DNA of 54,797 bases from a virus (Duplodnaviria > Caudoviricetes), in the IMG/VR virus record IMGVR_UViG_3300046791_000336, positions 1 through 54,797 of that record; one strand, given 5' to 3'. Position 1 is the stretch's first letter. Every line of letters starts with the position of its first letter. The notes below the pieces were generated by a model, which saw only the letters and a program-made list of their open reading frames with translations, searched no databases and was not told the DNA's origin. The position numbers were made by a program, and so were the translations under genes. Below, piece by piece: positions 1-8,118 of the stretch.

Positions 1-179
1 TCGATGACCCGCACGACATGGCGGACACCGAGAACGAGATCACCAAGACGGTAGACGACTACAACGCTGCGGTAGCGAACCGTATCAACGACCCCCGTAC
101 GTCGATTCGCACGGCCATCATGCAGCGCTTTCGAGAGCGGGACTTCTCAGGGCACGTGCTCGGGACGTCGCCCGAATGA
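1..179 (+). CDS. terL: Terminase large subunit, distal ATPase segment (continuation of 54250..54797)
   Basis: Frame starting at nt 3 reads DDPHDMADTENEITKTVDDYNAAVANRINDPRTSIRTAIMQRFRERDFSGHVLGTSPE*: Walker B DDP and coupling motif IMQR; TGA at 177-179. Confidence 0.88.
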   Translation, partial: DDPHDMADTENEITKTVDDYNAAVANRINDPRTSIRTAIMQRFRERDFSGHVLGTSPE

Positions 180-985
180 CGAAGTGGTTACACCTGCGGC
201 TCCCCATGGAGTACGAGTCCGTTCCCTCGTGCAAGTGCGGCACATGTGTAGGCAAGAACGTGTACGGCTGGAGCGATTGGCGCACCACGGACGGCGAGGT
301 TGTACACCCACGGTTTACGCCCGAGTTCCTCGAGGCCGAGCGCGTTCGCCTGGGCTCCATGGGCTACGCCGGGCAGATGCAACAGCGACCATTGCCCGAG
401 GGTGGTGGGCTGTTCCCGCTGTCTGCATTCCAACGTAGGTGGGATGAGCTACCCGAGGAGTTGGACCGCGAGATCATCACACTCGATGCTTCGTTCAAGG
501 CTGGCACGAGCTCGGACTACGCGGTCATTCAGTATTGGGTGGCCAAGGGTGCAGACCGCTACCTGGTGGAGCAATGGCGTAAGCAGGCGGGGTTCACGGA
601 TACGCGAGACGCGCTCAAGGACATGCACGCCAAGCATCCCAGGGCCAAGATCCTGGTCGAGTCGGCGGCCAACGGGATAGCCATCTTCGAGCAACTATCG
701 CGCGAGATTGCCGGTGTACTCGAGGTCAAACCTGTAGGCGGCAAGCGGTCTCGTGCGCTCGCGGTGCAGGGCATCATAGAGAGCGGCGCAGTTCTGCTAC
801 CACGCCATGCGTCATGGGTATCGGCGTTTGTCAGCGAGGTCTGCTCGTTCACCGGCGATGGGGATGCGCATGATGACCAGGTGGACGCGATGGTGTACGC
901 GCTGCGGGACATTCAGGATCCTGGCACGCGCCAGAAGTGGGCGGCCGTCAACCGTGGCCTGATGAAGGTGGCGAGTCGCCGATGA
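176..985 (+). CDS. terL: Terminase large subunit, C-terminal RNase H-like nuclease part (-1 frame relative to 1..179)
   Basis: WLHLRLPMEY, YAGQMQQRP, TLDASFK...SDY, LVESAANG and HDDQVDA motifs typical of TerL C-terminal domains. Confidence 0.92.
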   Translation: MTKWLHLRLPMEYESVPSCKCGTCVGKNVYGWSDWRTTDGEVVHPRFTPEFLEAERVRLGSMGYAGQMQQRPLPEGGGLFPLSAFQRRWDELPEELDREIITLDASFKAGTSSDYAVIQYWVAKGADRYLVEQWRKQAGFTDTRDALKDMHAKHPRAKILVESAANGIAIFEQLSREIAGVLEVKPVGGKRSRALAVQGIIESGAVLLPRHASWVSAFVSEVCSFTGDGDAHDDQVDAMVYALRDIQDPGTRQKWAAVNRGLMKVASRR

Positions 986-1143
986 AGCGCGGAACCGAGC
1001 TCGATGCGTTCTTGGCTCACGTCAGGCAGTGCGCGGAGTGCAGACCGCTACCGCGTGTGTTGTGTCCAGAGGGCTATCGGCTGTTCGAGACAGGCGCTCA
1101 CGAGCTGTCGCAGAAGCTTGACCCCAAGCGCGCTCAAGCCTGA
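982..1143 (+). CDS. Small hypothetical protein with CxxC/His (possible Zn binding)
   Basis: ATGA overlap with terL stop; MKRGTELDAFLAHVRQCAEC...CPEG. Confidence 0.55.
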   Translation: MKRGTELDAFLAHVRQCAECRPLPRVLCPEGYRLFETGAHELSQKLDPKRAQA

Positions 1144-1145
1144 CG

Positions 1146-1176
1146 AATCGACCGCTCAGCATATTCCCAGCAATTT
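1146..1176 (+). promoter_or_regulatory. Late promoter motif upstream of portal
   Basis: AATCGACC (1146-1153)-N17-CAATTT-N6-ATG(1183). Confidence 0.75.
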
Positions 1177-1182
1177 AAAGCA

Positions 1183-2661
1183 ATGGGAAAGCGTGGCAAT
1201 CCGAACTGGCGTAAGGGCGGAGAGAGCCCCAATCCAACTGGCAAGAAGCAAGAGCGCCGAGACGGCTGGAGCAACAGTGCCACCGGGCACGGCACCAGCC
1301 TGGACCGTCGCCGCCTGACGCGGTACGGCATTGATGTCGTTACTGACCTCGAGGCGCGCCAACTGTGGCGGTCCGAGTGGCTGTGTAGGCGCATCATCGA
1401 GGTACTGCCAGGTGAGGCAAATCGCCGCGGCTGGGACCTCAAGTGCGATGACAAAGACCTGGTCGAGCGCGTAGAGGCTCGAGCAGAAGAGCTTGACCTA
1501 GACGGCGCCATGACACGGGCTGCCGAGTACGAGCGCGCATACGGCGGGGCTGCGATCCTACCCGTGGTGAGCGGCGCGCTGGGCACGTTGGCACAGCCAC
1601 TCGAGGATGACGCGACCATCGTAAGCGTTGACGCACTGCATGTGCTTGAGCCGTGTGAGCTCACGCCCACCGCGTACCACACGGACCTCTCGTCCCCCAA
1701 GTTCGGCAAGCCTGAGAAGTACCGGTTTATGGCTCAGGGCTCAGGGCGATCGGGGTATCTCCCCATGCAGGAGATCCACGAGTCTCGGCTCATCATCTTC
1801 CCCGGTCGCCGCGTCTCGAGGCAGACACAGCCGGGACAGCGCGAGGGCTGGGGTGATTCCGAACTGAACCAGGCGCGCTCTGCGATCGCAGACGTGGGAC
1901 TCACCTGGGGCTCGGTGGCGACGCTACTCCACGAGTTCGGCCAGGGTGTCTACGAGATAAAGGGGCTGTCCGACATGATGGCGCAGAAGGACGGTCCCGA
2001 GCAGTTACAGCGGCGCATGGATGCAATGGACTTCTTCAAGTCAACTATGCGCGCCACGGCCATCGACGCCGAGGATAGCTACACGCGGATGGATACACCT
2101 GCATCGGGGCTCGACGGCCTACTCATGCAGCAAGCGCAGTGGATATCCGCGATCGCCGACATGCCGATCGAGGTGCTGTTCGGGCGTGAGCCAGCTGGGT
2201 TATCCGCCACTGGCGAGATGACCGTGCGTAACTGGTACGCCAAGGTGGAGAAGGTTGACGCCACCCATTACGCACCGCGTAGAGAACAGATTGTCAAGCT
2301 GCTGATTCTCGAGGATGGCGGCAAGGAGCCCGAGCTGTGGAGCGTCGAGTCAAAGCCGCTGTGGACGCCGAGCGAGGCAGAGGTTGCCAACACCAGGTTG
2401 GTTGACGCACAACGCGCCGCGATTCTGATTGACAAGGGCATCGCGAGCGCAGACGACATCGCAGAATCGTTCTACGGCGGGGATACCTACTCGCCAGAAA
2501 TCAGCATCGACTGGGCTGCTCGAGAAGAGCAGAAGAAGATTGACGAGGAACAGGCCACTGCAATGCAGGAAGCCACCCTAGAGGCGATGAACAAGCCAGC
2601 GGTGGATCCGAATGCGCCTCAAGCCGATGAGCCGCCGGCGCCAGCTCGGGGGCCAAAGTGA
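1183..2661 (+). CDS. Portal protein (DUF1073/HI1409-like)
   Basis: Follows terL; RRDGWSNSATGHGTSLD, ERAYGGAAI, IHESRLIIF, GWGDS, LFGREPAGLSATGE, PLWTPSEAE motifs. Confidence 0.88.
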   Translation: MGKRGNPNWRKGGESPNPTGKKQERRDGWSNSATGHGTSLDRRRLTRYGIDVVTDLEARQLWRSEWLCRRIIEVLPGEANRRGWDLKCDDKDLVERVEARAEELDLDGAMTRAAEYERAYGGAAILPVVSGALGTLAQPLEDDATIVSVDALHVLEPCELTPTAYHTDLSSPKFGKPEKYRFMAQGSGRSGYLPMQEIHESRLIIFPGRRVSRQTQPGQREGWGDSELNQARSAIADVGLTWGSVATLLHEFGQGVYEIKGLSDMMAQKDGPEQLQRRMDAMDFFKSTMRATAIDAEDSYTRMDTPASGLDGLLMQQAQWISAIADMPIEVLFGREPAGLSATGEMTVRNWYAKVEKVDATHYAPRREQIVKLLILEDGGKEPELWSVESKPLWTPSEAEVANTRLVDAQRAAILIDKGIASADDIAESFYGGDTYSPEISIDWAAREEQKKIDEEQATAMQEATLEAMNKPAVDPNAPQADEPPAPARGPK

Positions 2662-4247
2662 AACTACGCCGCACAACATCCGACCCCCGCCTGGCAGGCT
2701 CATCGGTCAAGAAGCCGCTTGACATGCCGCTTCTGATTTACGTGGACGGCGACGACGTAGAGTGGCTGTTCAAACACAACGGTGGAGATCAATACGACTG
2801 GGAGCCTGTCAACGTCATTGGCGCGACGGGCGACACTGGCGACACCGGCGGCGACGGTGATCAGGGCGACGACGGCGGACAGGGGATACCTGGTCCGACT
2901 GGACCACAGGGCCCTATCGGTGCAACTGGTGCGCAGGGACCGCAGGGGCTGACCGGTGAGACGGGGCCACAAGGTGAACAAGGGCCGCCAGGCGCCGACG
3001 GGGTGGACGGAGAGGATGGGGCCGACGGATCCACTGGTCCTCAGGGCATACAGGGTATTCCAGGTGCCGACGGTGCCGATGGATCAGACGGTGCCGATGG
3101 CGACACCGGACCACAAGGCGAACAGGGGATACAGGGCGCGACGGGACCACAGGGGATACAGGGATTGACCGGGCCCCAGGGTGCGCAGGGCATCCAGGGG
3201 GAAACCGGCGCGACTGGCGCGACCGGTGCCCAGGGCATTCAGGGCGTACCTGGTGCAGATGGTCTCGATGGCGAGGATGGCGCGGACGGCGCTACCGGAG
3301 CGCAGGGAATACAGGGCATCCAGGGCATCCAGGGGCCAGCTGGTAACACGGGCGCGGACGGAGCAGCAGGCGCAGCAGGCGCCACAGGACCGACCGGACC
3401 CGCCCCATCGGGCACAGGATTCGTCAAGGTCATCTCTGGCGTTCTCCAGGTGCCGAGCGCTGCGATCGCCCAGGCCGACGTTACGAGCCTGGTGTCGGAC
3501 CTGGCAGCAAAAGCGGCAAGCTCGAGCCTGGCCACAGTAGCCACGAGTGGAAGTGCATCGGACCTCGGCACTGGCACGCTACCGATTGCGCGAATCGCGG
3601 CTGGAGCGGTCACGCTAGCTAAGCTAGCTAACGTTGGCGCAGCCAGCATCCTTGGCAGCGTTGCCGGCGGCACACCAGCCGAGCTTACAGGCACGCAGGT
3701 CACAACGCTGCTTGACGTTCGCACTGAGACGCTCAAGGGGTTGATGCCAGCCAACATGGGGCGCAAGGCGTCCCTGGCGACGAACAAGAGCATCGCGAAC
3801 ACGCTTACGCAGGTCGTTGGCTTCACCGCTGCGGCGAACACGCTAGCCGTCGGCACCACGATCCGGTTCCGTGGGATGGGGCTGCTCACCAACACGACAT
3901 CGGCGAGCACGAGTGTGCTCACGCTGCGCATCAACAGCGCCTCGCTTGGCTCCACCATCGAGGCGTCGTGGTCGGTGGCGCTTGGCACAACCGCCCGCAC
4001 CAATTGCCCGTTCATCGTTGAGGGCGAACTGATCGTTATCTCCACGGGCGCAGGCGGTACGGCATGGGGCGTCATCGTGGTCACCGTGAACACCACCACC
4101 GCGATCGCAGTGCCGACATCGATGATCACTGGAGCGGTTACCTGCATCACCACGCAGAGCAACGTGGTGGAGCTTACGTGTGTCAGCGGCGCGGCATCAA
4201 CGACGTGGAACTTCATCTCCGCGACGATTGAGGTTGTGAATCCGTGA
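2658..4247 (+). CDS. Collagen-like fibre protein (probable head fibre)
   Basis: 65 uninterrupted Gly-X-Y triplets, then fibre-like repeats and a Thr/Val-rich beta C-terminal domain; located in head module. Confidence 0.85.
   Translation: MKLRRTTSDPRLAGSSVKKPLDMPLLIYVDGDDVEWLFKHNGGDQYDWEPVNVIGATGDTGDTGGDGDQGDDGGQGIPGPTGPQGPIGATGAQGPQGLTGETGPQGEQGPPGADGVDGEDGADGSTGPQGIQGIPGADGADGSDGADGDTGPQGEQGIQGATGPQGIQGLTGPQGAQGIQGETGATGATGAQGIQGVPGADGLDGEDGADGATGAQGIQGIQGIQGPAGNTGADGAAGAAGATGPTGPAPSGTGFVKVISGVLQVPSAAIAQADVTSLVSDLAAKAASSSLATVATSGSASDLGTGTLPIARIAAGAVTLAKLANVGAASILGSVAGGTPAELTGTQVTTLLDVRTETLKGLMPANMGRKASLATNKSIANTLTQVVGFTAAANTLAVGTTIRFRGMGLLTNTTSASTSVLTLRINSASLGSTIEASWSVALGTTARTNCPFIVEGELIVISTGAGGTAWGVIVVTVNTTTAIAVPTSMITGAVTCITTQSNVVELTCVSGAASTTWNFISATIEVVNP
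2820..3404 (+). repeat. Collagen (Gly-X-Y)65 coding repeat
   Basis: GATGDT...GPTGPA counted directly; 18 triplets have Thr at Y. Confidence 0.95.
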
Positions 4248-5521
4248 GCATCGCCGCACTCGTCGCCATGCACAGGCGCATGGGCACGGATACCCGTAGG
4301 CGTAAGGCGCCCAAGGCGCGGTTCCCCACGCTCGTGGAGTCGGATTACGCGAAGCAACTGGTCGAAGGTGTCAAGGCATGGCGCGCGGCGATACGTCCGC
4401 TACTGGACGAGCTACCGGCGCTCATGGCTGGTGCCGAGTCCCGTATGCGAGCGGACGATATCGTGTCTGGAAAGCGCGCCAGGGTGCTGATTGACAAAGC
4501 CCGGTACACGGTAACCGCGACGTCGCGCAATCGCGTTGAGCTCATCGCTCAGCGTGTGGCATTGCGCACCGCTGCACACAACAAAGACGAGATGGTTGCC
4601 CAGGCCAAGGCGGCACTCGGCATCGACATCCCGATCAACGACCGCAGGATCGCCGGCATGGCGGAGTCATTCGCACACGAGAACACCGTGCTCGTCGAGA
4701 AACAGGGGCAGAAAACCCTTGACGAGGTAGAGAAACTCATCACCAAGGCGTTTGCGCGAGGTACGCCGGTTGAGGAACTGAACGCCGAGATCGCCGGCAT
4801 GTTCGCTACAGCCGAGAACAACATGCGGTGGTTCGCTCGTGACCAGGTCGCCAAGTTCAACGCGTCCGTTGCCGAGGTGAGGCGCGAGGACTTGGGGCTA
4901 AAGAAGTTCGAATGGGTGACGATGAACGACCGCTACGTGCGGCATACGCATCGCGAGAGGAACCGCAAGGTCTACCCCTACAGCGGAGCAGGTGCGCCGC
5001 CTTACATGCCTGGCGAGGAGTTCGCCTGTCGCTGTGTACCGCGTCCAATCTTCGACGAGATCCGTGTCAAGGCGCAGGAAGGCACGGCCGCGAACCGCTT
5101 TCGCCTGGCGCTACCGCCCAGGTCCAAGGCGAGCGAGCGAGGCTATCGTGGAGACGTCGCTGGGATGCGCGTAGTGATTGCTGGTGGTCCGCGTAGCGGC
5201 AAGACAACGCTAGCTGCCACGATGGGTGAAGCCAAGCACACCGACGACATCATCGATCTTGGGTGGTCAGAGGCGAGCTCGGCCGCGATGACATGGTTCG
5301 ATGCGCCCGGACCATGGGTCATCGAGGGCGTGGCGACTGCTCGCGCGCTGCGTAAGTGGCTCGATGCCAATCCACAGGGCAAGCCGTGTGACGTGGTGTT
5401 CTGGATGCCAGTCCCACACGTCATGCTAGCCAAGGGACAGTCAACCATGCTCAAGGGCTGCGAGGCTGTGTGGCGTCAGGTTGAGCCTGAACTCGTCAAG
5501 AGAGGGGTGGAGATTCGATGA
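4244..5521 (+). CDS. MuF/SPP1 gp7-like minor head protein fused to a C-terminal P-loop (NMP-kinase-like) domain
   Basis: MuF motifs ARDQVAKFN, FEWVTMNDRYVRHTH, PGEEFACRC; then MRVVIAGGPRSGKTT, HTDD, WVIEG from nt 5165. Confidence 0.85.
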   Translation: MSIAALVAMHRRMGTDTRRRKAPKARFPTLVESDYAKQLVEGVKAWRAAIRPLLDELPALMAGAESRMRADDIVSGKRARVLIDKARYTVTATSRNRVELIAQRVALRTAAHNKDEMVAQAKAALGIDIPINDRRIAGMAESFAHENTVLVEKQGQKTLDEVEKLITKAFARGTPVEELNAEIAGMFATAENNMRWFARDQVAKFNASVAEVRREDLGLKKFEWVTMNDRYVRHTHRERNRKVYPYSGAGAPPYMPGEEFACRCVPRPIFDEIRVKAQEGTAANRFRLALPPRSKASERGYRGDVAGMRVVIAGGPRSGKTTLAATMGEAKHTDDIIDLGWSEASSAAMTWFDAPGPWVIEGVATARALRKWLDANPQGKPCDVVFWMPVPHVMLAKGQSTMLKGCEAVWRQVEPELVKRGVEIR

Positions 5522-6087
5522 TTGACATCCCGGCACTCAATGCCCGCATGTGCGAAATCGCGCTCGAGCGTCTGGAGACCATGGGCGAGGAAGGTGGTGG
5601 GCTGTTCAACTACTACTCTCACCTGGCGCGACGCGGGACGATGCTGCGCGCAGAGGAGATTGCGGTCGCCGAGTACATCGATCGCACGGTCATCAAGGGG
5701 ACTCCAATCATGGAACTGTGCGCTGGGGCTGCGCAGTTGAGTCACTTGCTGGATCGGATGGATCACCCAACGTATGCGGTGGAGATTGACAAGCGTAGAC
5801 ATGCGTTCGCCGTTGCCTTGGGCAAGCGTCTCGGCAGTTGCTGCAATGTCATCCTTGACAGTTGGCAGAACATAGAGTTGTCCAAATACGGTCTTTTGGT
5901 CACATTGAATGCAGCCACCACCCACATCTTCCCAGACGACTCCAGGTGGCTCATCGAGTACGCCAAAGGCGGCGGCGAGTTCATCATCCGTCCGCGTCAG
6001 TTCGGCAAGGCTGGCATACCGGTAGAGATTCCAGGGCTACAGTCGACTAAGGTGTTCGAGGATGTCTACCATTACCGATGTCTGTAG
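5518..6087 (+). CDS. Class I SAM-dependent methyltransferase-like protein
   Basis: Motif I-like IMELCAGAAQL and motif II-like AVEID; ATGA overlap with MuF. Confidence 0.6.
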   Translation: MIDIPALNARMCEIALERLETMGEEGGGLFNYYSHLARRGTMLRAEEIAVAEYIDRTVIKGTPIMELCAGAAQLSHLLDRMDHPTYAVEIDKRRHAFAVALGKRLGSCCNVILDSWQNIELSKYGLLVTLNAATTHIFPDDSRWLIEYAKGGGEFIIRPRQFGKAGIPVEIPGLQSTKVFEDVYHYRCL

Positions 6088-7090
6088 CCGCCGCGGTATC
6101 ACGCGTGTGGTCCACTGCCACGCCGACCATTTCGAGCCCGAGGGCGTTGCCAAAGAGCTAGGCGCATCGGCAGACGTAGCCCTGTGGCTTGAGCGCTGTA
6201 AGCCGGCCGTGCCCACGCTATTCGTGAAGTGCCCGATCGGGTTTCACCTGGACAGGGATTGGCTGCTCGGCATGCGCCTGTACACGGGTAGCACGTCAGT
6301 GATCGAGGCCGATTATCTGGGTGAGCTCGTGGAACTCGGCGTTGGCATCGGTCTCCACGTTCATCACGAGGCGTGGACGTACAACACGCTTACCAAGCTG
6401 TCCCCGGGACAGCGCGAGCTACACGACTACGTTGTGGCGGAGAACGATCCCAAGATGGACCACGCTCGCATGGTTGCGATGGTCAAGACGTCACTGTCCT
6501 GGCTACGCGATGCGACCGGGCTGCCGCTCGAGACCTGGGGCTTTGTTCACGGCTGCTGGGCGTTCGGCGCGAGCGATCCTGAGATATGCCAACTCGAGAC
6601 CGAGATACCGTTGCTCTACAGCCTTGGCTGTCGTGGAGACTTCTCGTTCCCCGCCGGGCGTCGATACTGCGACCCGACATGGGATAGACCCAAGTGGGTG
6701 CGCCCTGTCGAGGGTAGGCGCGCCTATGAGTTGCCCAGGGCTAGGGTGCGTGACAGGCACATCGACGGCCGCATGCTCGTATGGGCTAGCCGCTGTGATG
6801 ACTGGTGGCTCGGACTGGACACCTACTCGCGAGACTCGCGCAAGCTTACCGAGTCGCCTGACAAGCTCGAGCGCTATCTCGAGATGTGCCCCGTGATCGA
6901 CGGGACCGCTTACATCAAGACCTGCGGTCACGGGATGAACGCTTACTACTGGCAGGGCGAACCTGTGTCCACGGTTGGAGCGTTCGCGGCAGACCTGGCA
7001 GAGAAGTGCGCAGCGGCTGGGGTACCGGTTGAGTTCCTGACCACGGATCAGGTCACGCAGGAACTCATCGCCTCGCGGCCAGCCGCCTGA
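6062..7090 (+). CDS. Polysaccharide deacetylase (NodB-like fold) / metal-dependent hydrolase-like protein
   Basis: HADHFEP, GIGLHVHHE, FVHGCWA, GCRGDFSFP, IKTCGHG: His/Asp pattern recalled from a family found in bacterial polysaccharide loci. Confidence 0.55.
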   Translation: MSTITDVCSRRGITRVVHCHADHFEPEGVAKELGASADVALWLERCKPAVPTLFVKCPIGFHLDRDWLLGMRLYTGSTSVIEADYLGELVELGVGIGLHVHHEAWTYNTLTKLSPGQRELHDYVVAENDPKMDHARMVAMVKTSLSWLRDATGLPLETWGFVHGCWAFGASDPEICQLETEIPLLYSLGCRGDFSFPAGRRYCDPTWDRPKWVRPVEGRRAYELPRARVRDRHIDGRMLVWASRCDDWWLGLDTYSRDSRKLTESPDKLERYLEMCPVIDGTAYIKTCGHGMNAYYWQGEPVSTVGAFAADLAEKCAAAGVPVEFLTTDQVTQELIASRPAA

Positions 7091-8036
7091 CCTCGGCTCG
7101 GTAGGCTACGCGGTCGATCCGCTCCTGGCGCCTGGTCTCGCGCGTATCGATCTTCTGCACATACGGAGGTGGGGCGCGGCCTATCGCCGCATCGAACGCG
7201 TCACCCCATGCCGGCGCTACGTGCGCCCAGGTTCGCTTCTTGAGCATGTCGAGGGCGTTCTGGCTGCCAGCCCAGCGCACGTACTCGAGGTTCTCGCGGC
7301 ACCACTGGAACGCCTGGGCGAATGCCTCTGGGGTGCGCTCTACGACCAGCCCGTTGTCACCATGGCGAACGAGATCGGGCACGATGCCGACGTCAGTGGT
7401 CACCGGAAAACAACCACAGGCCATGCCTTCGATGAGTGGCCGGGGGTCTCCCTCTGCTGTCGAGGCACACGCGATGACGTCTAGGCCGTTGTAGAAGTCT
7501 GGCATCTCCTCCTGTGTTAGGCAGCGGTCAGCCATGCGCAGGTCTGGCGCTGCGGTGGTGAGGATGCCCACGTTCTTATCGGTCGCCGTTGCCGCACCGG
7601 CCCAACCGATCGTCAGGTCGCCGCCGCGCATGTCGTAGTCGCCGAATGTCTCGGGGTGAAACCCCTTGGGACAGAGCGCGACGAACGGTGCCTCGGCTAG
7701 CTCGGTGTGGAGCCGCACCGATGGCACCAGCACGCCCCCGGTCTTTTGCAGGTGTCCGCGTATCAGTTTCTCGGCTGACATCTGCCCGTAGCGCTCTTGG
7801 TGGTTCCAACGGTGACTCGACACCTGTTTTACGACACGCCTGCCGAACCGCTTGTGCAGCAATCCCTTCCACCAGAAATCAACCACCAGGTCAGCGTCCT
7901 TGATGTTGACTCGGTGAGTGCTGTCTGTGTGGCTAACCCTAAACTCGAACCGGTGGGATAGGTGCTTGACAAGCGCCTGGGCGGTTAAGTCGTAGGACCA
8001 GCCCTTTAGATACGGAACCAGCCAGACACGATTCAC
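7065..8036 (-). CDS. GT-B glycosyltransferase family 4
   Basis: IGWAG, DKNV, MPDFYNGLDV, EGDPRPLIEGMACG (E-x7-E), TTDVG, HGDNGLVV. Start set at GTG 8036 by promoter spacing; 8039 and 8042 are alternatives. Confidence 0.9.
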   Translation of the reverse strand: MNRVWLVPYLKGWSYDLTAQALVKHLSHRFEFRVSHTDSTHRVNIKDADLVVDFWWKGLLHKRFGRRVVKQVSSHRWNHQERYGQMSAEKLIRGHLQKTGGVLVPSVRLHTELAEAPFVALCPKGFHPETFGDYDMRGGDLTIGWAGAATATDKNVGILTTAAPDLRMADRCLTQEEMPDFYNGLDVIACASTAEGDPRPLIEGMACGCFPVTTDVGIVPDLVRHGDNGLVVERTPEAFAQAFQWCRENLEYVRWAGSQNALDMLKKRTWAHVAPAWGDAFDAAIGRAPPPYVQKIDTRETRRQERIDRVAYRAEVRRLAARR

Positions 8037-8042
8037 CATCAC

Positions 8043-8112
8043 AATGTGCTCTGCGTAGCACGTGCGGTCGATTCCAGTTGAAATCGACCAATCCGGTGTG
8101 CCGGCTGACCCT
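8043..8112. promoter_or_regulatory. Back-to-back divergent late promoters (glycosyltransferase and protease/capsid operon)
   Basis: GGTCGATT (8066-8073) and AATCGACC (8082-8089) form an inverted repeat; each is followed by N17-nAnnnT-N6-GTG (8036 minus, 8119 plus). Confidence 0.78.
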
Positions 8113-8118
8113 TAATGG

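Noticed and set aside
1183-2661. Possible anti-CBASS (Acb1) label sometimes attached to this portal family
   Set aside because: No fused 2H-phosphoesterase domain with paired HxT motifs is visible; length and synteny fit a plain portal.
3239-4357. Long minus-strand ORFs opposite structural genes (also 14062-15171, 29748-30410) and plus-strand 31814-32710
   Set aside because: Antisense shadows of GC-rich coding genes, with no motifs or RBS.
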